From the NCBI RefSeq assembly GCF_001194135.2, contig NC_068999.1, positions 22,655,534 to 22,690,527 on the forward strand: 34,994 nt of DNA, written 5' to 3'. Positions within the stretch are counted from its first letter, which is position 1; each line of letters starts with the position of its first letter. This stretch comes from Octopus bimaculoides. Lineage: Eukaryota. Below the pieces are notes generated by a model. The model did not search any database and was not told the DNA's origin. It saw only the letters and a list, made by a program, of their open reading frames with translations. Below, in pieces: positions 9,585 through 22,219 of this stretch. Position numbers and translations under genes: made by a program.

Positions 9585-10630
9585 ATGTATGGAAAGAAGC
9601 CATCAAAAGGAACTGAAAGTAGTTGTCCGAAAAGAAACCGTAAAAAGATTACACTGGATATTAAACTTAATTTATTTTTATTAAAACAGCTGGATGCGGA
9701 AGGGAAACTTAGCCTTATTGCCAAAACATTAAAGCTTGTAACATTTACAAGGAAAAAACAATACGTGAGAATAGAAAGAAAATTTAATCAAGCGCTCCAG
9801 AAGTTACTCTATCAACTGCTTGGACCTTATTTTTTCATAGATCGGTTCCTGGGTGCATGAATCCAAAAAGTATTTGGCCAGGCTGTATCCGTGACTTTAC
9901 TGACTTTTTACAAGCAGAAAGTGTACATAAAATGCAGAAACATACTTATTTCTTTATTGCCCACAGGGGGCAAAACATAGAGGGGACAAACAAGGACAGA
10001 CAAGGAATTAAGTCGATTACATCGACTCCAGTGCATAACTGGTACTTATCTAATCGACCCCGAAAGGATGAAAGGTGAAGTCGACTTTGGCGGAATTTGA
10101 ACTCAGAACGTAACGGCGGACGAAATACCGCTAAGCATTTCGCCCGGCGTGCTAACGTTCCTGCCAGCTCACCGCAGAAACATATTGCGACACTTGCAAA
10201 TGACGTAGGGCTTGAATAAGAGATGGAAGACGATGTACTTGAGTTGCTAGTACTTCATAGAGAAAGTTTATCCAGCGAGGAGTTGATACTCTTAGAATAA
10301 AAACAATCTGAGAATACAGATGAAAATAGGGAAATTTCAGCAACTACACTTAAGTTGAATGCAAAGAATATTGTTGAAGATTTGGCACTTATATAGGAAG
10401 GTCTGCAAATTCTTCCTGATAACAACCCTAATCATAAACATAGCAAAAATTACAAGAGGAGTTTACAATGAACTCAGTTCCTACGCTGAACTGTACAAAG
10501 AGATGAGTGTCATGAACATCAAACAGTTTTGGATAAGTTCTTCGCCTTTCAAGTGGATGCTGCTGCTGCTGATGAACTGTAAGGTAGAAAGTAGTGTCCT
10601 TCATCCTTCCTGTAACTCTCATTTTATCAC
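9585..10630 (+). mobile_element. Tigger/pogo-like transposon relic, internally deleted and interrupted by a SINE
   Basis: N-terminal PKRNRKKITLDIKL...EGKLSLIAKTLKL (psq/CENP-B-type HTH). C-terminal IWPGCIRDFTDF...TLANDVGLE*EMEDDVLELL...LSSEELILLE. The DDE core is missing. Confidence 0.75.
9945..10173 (-). mobile_element. SINE family A (long-tail variant) with an 11-bp target-site duplication
   Basis: Well-conserved copy. GCAGAAACATA flanks both sides (9934-9944 and 10174-10184). Confidence 0.93.
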
Positions 10631-10631
10631 C

Positions 10632-10788
10632 ATCTCTCAGACAGCATTCAATATCTTTTGTGGAAAGTAGGCATTACTACGATATTGCAATGTTTATTCT
10701 TTTTAATGTATATATATATATATATAAATATATATATATATTTCGTATGTGTGTTTGGTGTGCAAGATTCTTGATATGGATATATATA
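10632..10788 (+). repeat. 157-bp direct repeat, copy 2 (identical to 4318-4474)
   Basis: Direct comparison. Contiguous with the 3' end of the Tigger relic. Confidence 0.93.
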
Positions 10789-10809
10789 TATTAATAATTA
10801 TCGCCAAGC

Positions 10810-10844
<35 letters not shown>

Positions 10845-11409
10845 NNNNNNNNNNNNNNNNNNNNNNNNNNNNNNNNNNNNNNNNNNNNNNNNNNNNNNNN
10901 NNNNNNNNNNNNNNNNNNNNNNNNNNNNNNNNNNNNNNNNNNNNNNNNNNNNNNNNNNNNNNNNNNNNNNNNNNNNNNNNNNNNNNNNNNNNNNNNNNNN
11001 NNNNNNNNNNNNNNNNNNNNNNNNNNNNNNNNNNNNNNNNNNNNNNNNNNNNNNNNNNNNNNNNNNNNNNNNNNNNNNNNNNNNNNNNNNNNNNNNNNNN
11101 NNNNNNNNNNNNNNNNNNNNNNNNNNNNNNNNNNNNNNNNNNNNNNNNNNNNNNNNNNNNNNNNNNNNNNNNNNNNNNNNNNNNNNNNNNNNNNNNNNNN
11201 NNNNNNNNNNNNNNNNNNNNNNNNNNNNNNNNNNNNNNNNNNNNNNNNNNNNNNNNNNNNNNNNNNNNNNNNNNNNNNNNNNNATACGCGCGCGCACACA
11301 CACACACACACATACGTACGTACATAATACATACATACAAGTTGATTTATATGTTTATGAAAGAAAAGTACGTGTTTTGCATTTAAGAGTGTATAAGAAA
11401 AAGATACAA

Positions 11410-11552
11410 ATAGATAGATAGATAGATAGATAGATAAAGATAGAGAGAGAGAGGGCGTGAGGCATTGAGAGAGTGAAAGGGAGAGGTAGAGAGAGAAAGA
11501 GTAAGGGAGTGAAAGAGGCAATTGTTGAAACTACATGTTGTACGGAAACTAC

Positions 11553-11604
<52 letters not shown>

Positions 11605-11620
11605 CGTGCGAGTGTGTTTG
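11410..11620. repeat. (TAGA)n, GA-rich and (TG)n microsatellite cluster
   Basis: Direct observation. Confidence 0.9.
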
Positions 11621-12019
11621 TGTTTCTTTACGTTTAAATAGTTTGATAGGCTACCTGCATCATAATTGCTTTGAACTTTTGGTGTAGGCAAGCATTATTT
11701 CCTACTTTTACGATTGTTTCTACGTTTGATGTCTCACTTTAACTGATTGCAACGTCAGTTAATGCTAGCTCATTTATTTGACGCATATAACCTATATTTT
11801 TATCATCACATCGCCGTGAATTAGAAAATATTCTATTATTTTCTGTTCATCAAATATGTGGCAGTCCTCTCTTGCTTCTGAATGACAACATCATCAATCG
11901 CCTCCTCGTTATATTACTCACAATCTTCGTTTTAACGATTCCAAATGCCTTTATTATTTACGGTGGTTAATTTTTGTTCATGTCCTCAATATACATTTTC
12001 CCTCAATCTATTTATCATA

Positions 12020-12170
12020 TTTTTGCTTGTTTTAGTCATTGGACAGAGGCCATGCTGGGGCAACACATTGAAGGGTTCACTCGAGCAAAGTGACTCCAGT
12101 ACTTACTTTTTAAAGCCTAGTACCTATTCTACCGGTCTCTTTTGTCGAACTGCTAATTTATGAAGACGTA
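12020..12170 (-). mobile_element. SINE family D, diverged
   Basis: TTGTTTTAGTCATTGGACAGAGGCCATGCTGGGGCAAC...AAAGCCTAGTACCTATTCTACCGGTCTCTTTTGTCGAACTGCTAA. Confidence 0.8.
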
Positions 12171-12189
12171 CTTCTTCATACTTTTTTTA

Positions 12190-12800
12190 TGTTTCAAAAT
12201 TAAGATAGAGTTGTTTTTTTCATCTAAAATATACTCTCCTTCATCTTCTACAATGCTCTTCCATCTATCTGGTAGACTTGCAAGGCTCCTCCTTCAAAAT
12301 TCACTTGTCCGTGAAGAAATATTCTCCTTCAGTACTATTCTGACATCGTCAACAGAATTTATATTTTTTCCACCCATTGATTTTGAAAACTGCTGAATAA
12401 ATGATAATCAGATGGAGTAATGTCCAGCGAATATGATGGGTGGGGCATCGTTTGCCATTCAAACTGCTCCAGCTTTTCGAAAGTCATCCTCGCTGTATGT
12501 GACCGAGCATTATCCTGATGGAAGAACAACTTTCGTCTTGAAACCAAAGATGGTCGTTTTTCTTTTAGCGCTGACTTAAGCCACTCAGGCTGCTCGCAAT
12601 AGATTTCCGTTGTTATCGTTTGGTTTGGGTTTAAAAGTTTAAAGTGGACTAAACCTTTCATATCCCACCAAACAGATAACAACACCTTACTTTGGTGAAG
12701 ACCCTCTTTAGTCTGGGGTGCCGGTGTTTCTCATTTCCCTACCACTGTCTTCAGCGCTTTTTAGCCATACAACCATACCTTTTTTCACATTTTTGTTTTA
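12190..12800 (-). pseudogene. mariner (DD34D) transposase fragment
   Basis: LLSVWWDMKG...FHQDNARSH...HPSYSLDITPSDYHLF, with 34 residues between the second and third D. Continues in broken frames to ...DRWKSIVEDEGEYILD. No TIRs seen. Confidence 0.9.
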
Positions 12801-12939
12801 GTTTCCCTACCTCTTTCAAAGGTAGTTGTCAGCCTATTTCCAGGATAGCTTTGATCAAGCTGGCTTATAATCAAAGGCATCACAACCATCATCAGCCAAC
12901 AAACGATTCAATCGATTGACCTTCTTCCCACAAAATTGC

Positions 12940-13130
12940 TTGTGAGCTGGAAGAGTTGTCAGCACGTCGGACAAATTGCATAGCGGCATTTCTTCTGATG
13001 CATTACATTCTGAGTTCAAATTCCGCCGAGGTGGACTTTGTTTTTCTGTCTTTTGTACCAGCTGACCACTATGGTCGATGTCCTCTTCTCCCAAAACTGC
13101 TGGTATTGTGCCAAAATTACAAAGAATACA
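12940..13130 (+). mobile_element. SINE family A, diverged
   Basis: GAGCTGGAAGAGTTGTCAGCACG...CTGAGTTCAAATTCCGCCGAGGTGGACTTTG...GTATTGTGCCAAAATT. Confidence 0.85.
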
Positions 13131-13314
13131 CTGTAATTTTTGTCTTTGGTCAGTAAGTATTATTCCCTACTTACCTCCATCTAGAAATCAAAGGTAATGA
13201 CTGCTATTTCCTTCAAACTTTGCTTTTGTGACCTGTACATCAATGTTTTTAAACTGACCTATTTTCCATTAAATTTCAGACAGATTCAGTGCTGAGTTGC
13301 TGAAGCAGAAATAT

Positions 13315-13486
13315 TACTATAGCATATATTCCACTCAATGCCACAGATTTGCTAGCCAGTTGCTTGACCTTAACCAATTGAGCATGCACCTTGGTGGTTG
13401 ATAATATGTGCACCTCTGATCGTGAGCAGGAGTAGTGAGGGAGCATCATAGCCATGTGTGGAGAGGGATTCTTCGGGGTTTGAATA
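13315..13486 (+). repeat. Repeat family C fragment (inverted relative to 30545-30712)
   Basis: GGGAGCATCATAGCCATGTGT and its flanks align to the reverse complement of the 30.5-30.7 kb segment. Confidence 0.85.
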
Positions 13487-14937
13487 GATGTAAGAAAAGC
13501 AAAGTTTGAAGGAAATATTAGTGACTTTTCATTACTTTGTAGGGGTAAGCAAATAGGAAATAACAGTTGTTACCCAAGGACAAAAATCGTGTTACACAGT
13601 GTTATTATCATTAAATGGATAATAATGACACTCTGGAACAACACTTGTCTAAATCTCTTAGTGTATTTTGTTACGTTCTTTGGCGCACTGATTTCTAAAC
13701 TCACTGGGTTCCACTTTGCCATCCATCATTCAAGGGTTGATAAGTAAACATCAGAATTTTAAGTAAATATCTGAATGCAGAAAAATTGATTCACTTCATA
13801 CAGCCCTCCAACATAGTAGCCCTTATCACCGCAGTGAAAATGACCTTCCGGGTCAAATATATCTCAAACATATTTGAATTGGTCCAAAATTTTAATTCAC
13901 AACACTGCTTTCGCGTGCCTACAGCACATTTTGTTCTAGTCCAGCAGCATCGCACGTAGTCGCCAAATTGTTTCTACTGATTTTCTGTAAGAAAGCTACG
14001 ACTTCCAAAGTCATTTTAGAGTTGTCACCATCGGTAACTTATGAGCACTATTCGCGGGTACTATTAGTAGCGCAGTTAAGACAGTGCTAAACTCAATGTC
14101 CAAAGGTTGTTGGTTTAATTTCGATTGTCAGCATTTTAGTGATTCATTCCAGTTTCGTTCTTGAAATTAGTACTAATCGAAATCCTTATAGTTTGAAGTA
14201 GAGAAGGTGATAGGAGAGTAGTTCTTTTTTGTTGGTCACATGTATACAAATCCCCGCACAATCATCCTTATAAGAAGATTATACAAATAATATTGTTGGA
14301 TTGTCAGAGACGGCTGAAGGGTCGGATTAAATGCTTTCCGGTATTCAATTTTGACCTTGCTGGCACAAGTATCGATCCTGTATTTGGAAATGGTTAATCA
14401 ATTACCATACTATTCCATCCCTCTCTTTATACCAATATAAGAATTCTTTAGAGATTTACATTCGGAAGTATATGCACAGCCATAAACATACATTGACACA
14501 TCAAACGTTAAATAAATGTGTGCACATATCAATCATCAAAATATACGCAGGAATCATTCTCAAGAAATTTTCAGTTCAAAGAGGTTCTCGGGAGACAAGA
14601 TTGCCTGGGAACAGTTATCTTTATCGTCATCCTTGTCATAGTCGTTCTTGTTGTTATCGTCACAGCTTATACAACTGTTTTCTTCCTTTCCATTTCGATT
14701 TTCACGCGTTTGATTTCGTTAGAAGCTGATCTCTAGGTTAAATTAAAAGTGAAATCTTTTCCCCATTAAACAGTACGTTATCGCATTTTGGGAGTGTTCC
14801 AACGCTGTTGTTTCGATTTATAGAAATTCTTCTAATTTCCAATACTAGTGACTCCCGGTGCCTACAGTATTGCAAGAAAAATTGAAGTTTGAATTGCCTT
14901 ATGCGTATTTTGAGTTTATTATCATACTGCTCAATAA

Positions 14938-15150
14938 TGCACAAGCGGGTAGAATCGTTATAACACCAGGTAAAATGCTTAGTGGCATTTCGTTCGTCTT
15001 TACGATTTGAGTTCAAATTCCGTCGAGGCTGATTTTGTCTTTTATTCTTTCAGGGTTTCTATATAAGGTACAAGTTGAGTACTGGGCTGAATTAATCGAC
15101 TAACCTCTGTCTCCTTAAATTGCTGGCCTTGTGCTAAAATTTGAAACCAT
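14938..15150 (+). mobile_element. SINE family A
   Basis: GGTAGAATCGTTATAACACCAGGTAAAATGCTTAG...GAGTTCAAATTCC...GGCCTTGTGCTAAAATTTGAAACC. Confidence 0.87.
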
Positions 15151-15317
15151 TACTGTATACTTCAATCGTATAGACTATGTCTATAAACAGTCATTACTTC
15201 AATATTAGGGCGCCTGTGTTTCAGCATGACTTTAATCATCTAATTAATGCAGGGCGATGAATAACAGAAACCGTAAAGCACCAAACTATTGCCTTGATGT
15301 TTTTTGTTGATTGTCTT

Positions 15318-15385
15318 TAAATTTAAGGTCTTGCCAAGATCGACTCCATCTTTCATTTTCCTCGTCTGGACAAAATAACTACTAG
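15318..15385 (+). mobile_element. SINE family A fragment (central domain)
   Basis: GCCAAGATCGACTCCATCTTTCATTTTCC...AAAATAACTACTAG; degenerate. Confidence 0.5.
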
Positions 15386-16976
15386 AGTAGGTGAGGCCTA
15401 AATCGACAGCATCTTCCTACAAAAATGTATTAAAATTTCTTGTTAAAAATTATATCTAATCTTCAATAATTCTTTATGGGTTGCTTGTTTTTTTTTCTCA
15501 TTCCTGACGATATAAATTCAATCAGCTGTAGTGAAAAATTATCACGACATCTGTCATGTTTACTGCTTCTGTTAATTTTATGTGTGAAAATGTACTAATT
15601 TAATAAAGTACATATTGGGAAATCATTTTTGTTTCTGTAAAACAATGTAATTTGTTTGATGAGATTACTCGAGTGCTACATAGAGACAAAAAATAGACAA
15701 AACAAAATCCATTTTCGCTAGACATATTCATTTTTCTAACCTACATAGTTTCTCATTTATCATTGAAACTGACCTTCTAATTTTTGCTATTTCTATTATT
15801 AACTATTTTTTCAATAAAATATTTCTTTCTTACACCTTTTTACTTTCTTAGATATTAAGGATTAATGATTATTTTATTTTTAATAACATCTGAACTGTTC
15901 CTTATATACCATCCAAGCACAGTCTCTTCTGTTTTAATGCCCTCTTCACAGACCGCTTCGTTCCATCCAGTTACGACTTTAAGTATAACAGATCAATATT
16001 GCTTTTAAGCCAGAACACATAATGTATTTGTCCGTAACGTCTTTTTTTCTCGCTAAACTACTCAGTTCTTCATAGTTCTTCGTTCCACTATTATAATCTC
16101 AAACAATAGGGATGCAAAGAACAAGGTATTGATTGCAATGTTTTTGTTCTTCTCATTGATTTTAGATGTGTAAACCAATCTAATTATCTAAAATTCATAA
16201 ACTCGGTTTTCAGTTTCTCCATCATTCCACAATATCAAGATATTTCCTATCTATTTTCCACAACTATTCGAGCACAACTTCTTTCTTCTACTAATATTCA
16301 TTTCCTTTATATCAAATTGACTTTGAGTAATTTAGATTAAATAAACCATTAAAAGTAAGTTCTGTAGAGTAATCAGTTCTATCTTCTACTGGTATCCAAC
16401 TAACTTCTGTAAGGATAATTAAGCATAACAAGAAGAGGTACAGTTATAAGGTTTACTCAAAGAATTAACATAATTAGTTGATAATATAAAATTTTCAGTA
16501 TTTCGAGTCACTGTTTCTGTACGCTAAACATAGAAGAAACTACATTTCCTAGAGCCTGACGCATTCTATTCTTTATGAAAACATAAACACAAATATTTTC
16601 TGAAGAATGACCAACACACACACACACANNNNNNNNNNNNNNNNNNNNNNNNNNNNNNNNNNNNNNNNNNNNNNNNNNNNNNNNNNNNNNNNNNNNNNNN
16701 NNNNNNNNNNNNNNNNNNNNNNNNNNNNNNNNNNNNNNNNNNNNNNNNNNNNNNNNNNNNNNNNNNNNNCAAAGGAAATATAAGAATTAAAAATATTTTC
16801 ACCAGTCATTAGTTGACAACATATAAAGAACGGAGTGTAAATCCAGAATTGGGGGAATCCGTTGTGGGTTTCCATCGATGACAAGTTAGTCAAAGGAAGT
16901 GTGGCAATGATTAGTTATTAAAAATAAACTATTGTATCTATTCGTGTATCAGGCACACTCCGAATTGATATAATAT

Positions 16977-17020
16977 GTTTCTTTATTAGCCACACAGGGC
17001 TCAACACAGAGGGGACAAAA
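16977..17020 (-). mobile_element. Isolated SINE-tail fragment
   Basis: TTTCTTTATTAGCCACACAGGGCTCAACACAGAGGGGACAAA matches 9949-9990. Confidence 0.6.
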
Positions 17021-17199
17021 TACAAATGTAGAGTTTTTCTTTTCGAGGGGGTCGAAAACAAAGCAGAAAAAAAAAACAAAAGTGGGTCATTGAAAATATA
17101 TCCTCTTTGTGATTTAAAGCCAATAACACTGGTTTCTGATAGCAGAGCTTTCTATTCACTGTCTATATAAATGGTATAACAGGTTGTCAATGTTAAAGT

Positions 17200-17425
17200 A
17201 GAGCAACGAGTCGGTAGAATCGTTAGCGTGCTCGACAAAATGTTTAACAGCATTTTCTCCGGTTTTACGTTTCGAGTTCAAGCCTCGCTGAGGTCAACTT
17301 TGCCTTTCATCGTTTCGAGTCTGATAAAGTATGTACCAGTAGAGTACTGGAGTCGATATAATCGAGTGACTCATCACTTCTATACTGAAACTGCTTGCTT
17401 TGTGCCAAAATTTAAAACAATTATT
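17200..17425 (+). mobile_element. SINE family A
   Basis: GGTAGAATCGTTAGCGTGCTCGACAAAATG...GAGTTCAAG...CTTTGCCTTTCATC...GTACCAG...TTGTGCCAAAATTTAAAAC. Confidence 0.87.
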
Positions 17426-18047
17426 GTATTAACATGTCATATTCGCAAGGAAACGCTGTCACAGGAAGCTGTGTTTAAGATGAGATTGAGATTTTTCTTT
17501 TTTCTTGATTTTTATAATGTCTCAAATCTTTTTAAAATGTAACTTAAGGATAACCAAAGACACAGTTTACAGTAATGCAACAGGGCTTCATTTATTAGTA
17601 ATTAAGCATGGGAACTGTTGAAATATTTTTACTGTTACCTGTCCCGAAGTCTTCTTTGATCGAGCAGACTATAATCAGACGCACTCTGACCGTGACAATC
17701 TCAACTTTTTGTATACATATGACTACACTGTTCAATGAACCTTCTCTCTTTTTAAAAGATAACAAGATGTGATAAGATGTGGTTTAAAAGAGATTTAACT
17801 GCTATTCCCAGCAGACTGAATAACTACGTACAAGCTTCCTGCTTTGGCTCGACTTTTATTGATATGTAGGTAGAGATAGATAACACAAATGTTAGTCAGA
17901 TGAATAACATATCTAGGTCAGTATATCAATGTTCTGATTTTAAAACCTGACAAGGACCAGTAATATATTAGAATGAGAGCAATTTTCCCTTAGCACAAGA
18001 CCTTGTACCAGATATGCTGTGATCATATCAAGTACTTGGAAGACGAG

Positions 18048-18121
18048 TTTTGCTTCTCAACTGAATCAATTTTGCTTCTCAACTGAATCAATTTTGCTTC
18101 TCAACTGAATCAATTTTGCTT
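18048..18121. repeat. Perfect 22-bp tandem repeat, 3.4 copies
   Basis: TTTTGCTTCTCAACTGAATCAA x3 plus TTTTGCTT, with no spacers. Confidence 0.97.
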
Positions 18122-19787
18122 ATATGTGGAAAAAGCGCGAGTATTGCAACCTATTTCACCTCCGCTATATATTTTATCTTTACGCTTATTTCTATAATAC
18201 CAGATAAATACCTTTCCTTGTTTATCGAAAACTAACTTAAATTTGTGGTTTTAAGATAAGCATAACACCGATTTCTCATACTGGCCCTTGCATTGTTCTC
18301 CTTAGATGTATAGATGGAGAACATATTGTGTTTTGACATTTTTCTGGAGGGTATGAATGATGTTATTGACGTGGAATATCTCCAACTTGTAATCGAACTT
18401 CTATTACTTCTAGTCAGATATTCCCGTTGTCTTTTAGAAGGAGCATTTTTATAATATTATGATATTTATATTTCAAAGCAAGTCGAACTAATCTAATTCT
18501 TTTATTTTCAGGTGTTTAACATATATTAGCCTTTTCTATAATATTATCTTAATTTAGAGCAATGCAATCTTTAGAGATAAAGAATGTTCGCTAGTAATTT
18601 CGCCTTCAGCAAATTACCGATCGAATAGATATTCCGTCAAGAAGAAGACTTTACAAATATCAACCATACAACTGCCATTTTGTTTTTGTTGCTTCCAGCG
18701 ATATCAATGATTCGGAAACAATTGGAAAAACATCTACTGTTTGTTCTCTGAATGTTATATTTCCTGCTTGTTGTACAACAGGTTTCCGATAAAGAAAGCT
18801 AGAGATCGATATAGAGAATAAATACTTGTATGTAAAAGATGCAAATACAGCTAGAAGAGAATTTGATTGGTAATTTCGAACCAATAAATATTTCTAGTGG
18901 CGATGTTGAGCTATGCGAATGAAGGTAAACTCTTTTCGCAGCAGATGTTCGGAAATATACGAAAATCACAACAAACTATTGTTCTTTTACCTATAAAATT
19001 AACTATGCTAGAAAAACCAACATAAATTTTTAGGGTAGGAGACGCTTTAGCACAACCATTTTGGTGTCGCTGATTCGATGCCGACTCGTATGACAACAGA
19101 CGTTTTAATGTTTTTTCTCGTGTTGATGTTTCTCTCATTTTCACAACCTCACTCTCCCTCTCTTTTTCTCTTTGAATATCCATGTGAGCATCCAGTTATG
19201 TTTGCATATGTGGAATGTCTCTCCATTTCTCCTCACCCTCTTACTCTTTCTATCTGTATGAGTATATTTCTGCGAGTATGTGCGTGTGTGAGTGTTTACT
19301 TCCAGTGCCAAAAAGTACTGTCACAAAAACAGATTTAATGTTGAGTAAGCAGTGCCGAATTGTCAGCGTCTAAATAGTCACATCCAATTGTCTTATTCTG
19401 GGACTTCAACTATCGAAACTATCGTAGGTGGAGATATATTTCGACATGCCAACCTCCTCCAGCTCAATTTCGATTCTCAGTTGATATCATTTCCCTGACT
19501 TTATCTCTTTCTAGGCCTTTTGTTTTTCACATTAATATTTGCTTTTCACTTTTTATTATTTTCTGTCGCTATACTTTTCTATCGCTTTATGTTTTGTCAT
19601 AAATTCGTCTAGAAAGGAATGTCATAGCATAGAAACCTCCTTGTAAATCCTAATCCGCAAATCCAGAGAATCTCATCACTCGTCATTTAGCCCGACCATA
19701 AAAACTCCAGCTTGATGCTTATGTAAAAAAAAATGTTTTTTGCTCCATTTATATCCAATCAATAAACTATAAAAATACTAATGATAC

Positions 19788-19902
19788 ATTTTATTGCTAC
19801 AAAGGACAAATTTTACTACCTACATAGGTCATATTTTACTAGGTACAAAGGTTATATTTTATTAACGTACTAAGGTCATGTTTTAGTAGCTACACAGGTC
19901 CC
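19788..19902. repeat. Degenerate 22-24-bp minisatellite, 5 units
   Basis: Consensus approximately ATTTTACTAGCTACAAAGGTCAT. Confidence 0.8.
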
Positions 19903-20104
19903 ATTCTGCGTAAAAAGATTTTTAAAAATAAGTAAATTTAAACGTTTATATTTTTTCCAAGGAAATATGTTGTATGAATCTTTATTTAACCAAACAGAGT
20001 ACCTAACCACAACGTGATCTCTCAGTGTGCAAGAAAAAGCAATCATATTTCCCTTATGTCAAACCCAGACTTAAAAAATGGTGATATACTGTGTCAGGAA
20101 AAAA

Positions 20105-20358
20105 AACAAAAAAACTACGAAGTGCGGGGCCCAATTAGAGAATTGTCAGTGGGGCTCATTACAAAACTGAAGATTAATATTTTATACTTCGTGTAGTACG
20201 CCAGTCTCAGCCAAAAAGTGTTGATGCTCCACCATTAGCTACAATGGTATGCTAAAAATTCATCATAGCGTCCTCCGCTCAAGCTTGTGCGTGGGGACCT
20301 TTCTTGGCGCGGAACCCAATTTGAGCAAAGCTATTAAATTGGCTTAAAACCAGCCCTG
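20105..20358. mobile_element. Possible end of a non-autonomous hAT-like element
   Basis: Ends in GGCTTAAAACCAGCCCTG (CAGGGC-type terminus) with repeated GGGGC(C/T)C-like subterminal motifs. No partner TIR found. Confidence 0.3.
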
Positions 20359-21315
20359 AATATAATACAAGATGCTCATAACTTGAATACTTTTGTTTAT
20401 AAGTGTTCTTGATCAGAGTTGACCACCAAGAGCTAGACAATAAAAACAAGCAATTAAGCTAGGAATGTGATCTATTCATACATAGTTACATATGATGGAA
20501 AAGATGTTTCTAATTTATTGTCTGGGTATTGCTAAAACCTTTATTATAATTCAACAAATTTAGGGTAAGTGAAAAACATTTTCGTTGTAAATTACTGCTT
20601 TATAAATTGCTGCTTATTGCAATAAACCATACTACGGTGCAGTGTATAGTTGCAGCTATGTGGAGTAAGTCGTTACGAGCTAAGAGCATTATCCATGAAT
20701 TTAGAAAGACACAGCACTGGTATGAACTGTGAACGCTTCTGAAGCTGTGTCTGAAGCTGTGTCAAGCTAATTAACTGTTAGCTTCAGAGACGCACATATA
20801 CACACAACGCAAATAATTAGAATTTCGAAAACGCCAACAAACAAAAGCCAATAAAAATGAATAAAGTAGGGAAAAATTCCTCTGCCACCGAAACAAGATA
20901 ATTATAGAAAATTCTAGTGTGAGAAAATATGACATAAATTCCAGGAACTTTCTAAGGAATTGAAGGACAAGTAGTCTCTAGAGCAGTGTGACGTCAGAAA
21001 AAGGCTCCAGTTACTCAAATCCCCCGTGTTATTAATATTAAATATGGTTTGTTCGGCTTTAGAATTTGACATAATAAGTCTTAGAAGGCCGGCAACGTGT
21101 ATATGTATGTCTGAATGTGCGTGTGTACGTTTTCATGTTTGTATACATGAACACGTACATGTTTGCATATGCGAGTCCACGCTGGTGTATATGAGTATGT
21201 AATATACATACATGCACATAGAGCATACACATATATTCGAACTTATATATGTATATACATATACATGTGTCTATATTTGTATGGATACCTACTCAAGATT
21301 ATGAATATTGTATGG

Positions 21316-21495
21316 AACTCCGTCGGTTTCGACGACGAGGGTTCCAGCTGATCCTGCTCGTGAAATTAACGTGCAAGTGGTCGAACGCTCCACAGATACG
21401 TGTACTCTTAACGTAGTTTCCAGGGAGATTCAGCGTGACAACAGAACATGACAAGGCCAGCCGTTTAAATTACAGGTACTACTAATTTTTGTAGG
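21316..21495. repeat. Interspersed repeat fragment (probable SINE 3' portion, family E)
   Basis: CCTGCTCGTGAAATTAACGTGCAAGTGG...GGGAGATTCAGCGTGAC recalled as a common octopus repeat. Only one copy here, so not confirmable within the window. Confidence 0.4.
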
Positions 21496-22017
21496 TAAGA
21501 AAAACTGCACCATGACGCAATTCACTCTGCCAAAAATTTGGAAACGACATGCTGTACTGCTTGGCAGTATTTCAAGATATTTTTAAGGTAAATATATCTG
21601 TTAAAATGAGCAGTCAGTGTTATTTTCAATTTTGCGTAATGTAGACGACAGTATATTCACTGCACCCTCTATGTGTGTGTGTGTGTGTGTGTGAATAAAT
21701 CCGTATCTAACCGATCTGATTAATTTCAACTGCAGACGCACATATTTGATATCGGTACCCCAGATGGCTATAGTCGACTAGTTGGAGCCTGTAAACTGAT
21801 AAAGAACCGGTCTCTGAAATACTGTTATACCAGCAAGGTCAGAACGTCAATGAGGCTCAATCGACTTTGTTCCTTTTACGCTGTAATCTTCTGATATAAT
21901 TACAAAACCATTGTCTTTCTAAGTGCACCAAAATATAAACCTAAAACTCACTTTGGTAGATTCTAGATTCTACGTCAGTTATTCGTAGATATTTTCTTTC
22001 TTACTGATTACAGTAGC

Positions 22018-22218
22018 CTTCTTCTTCTTCTTCTTCTTCTTCTTCTTCTTCTTCTTCTTCTTCTTCTTCTTCTTCTTCTTCTTCTTCTTCTTCTTCTTCT
22101 TCTTCTTCTTCTTCTTCTTCTTCTTCTTCTTCTTCTTCTTCTTCTTCTTCTTCTTCTTCTTCTTCTTCTTCTTCTTCTTCTTCTTCTTCTTCTTCTTCTT
22201 CTTCTTCTTCTTCTTCTT
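22018..22218. repeat. Pure (CTT)67 microsatellite
   Basis: 201 bp of uninterrupted CTT. Confidence 0.97.
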
Positions 22219-22219
22219 C

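Noticed and set aside
13700-14200. Faint RTE-LINE-like peptide hints on the minus strand
   Set aside because: Too degenerate; no convincing motif in a consistent frame.
18048-18121. CRISPR-like direct repeats
   Set aside because: The units are contiguous with no spacers, the context is eukaryotic, and there are no cas genes.
18660-19183. Two adjacent minus-strand ORFs (74 and 90 aa)
   Set aside because: No recognisable domain, no coherent splice signals, and stops in all continuing frames.
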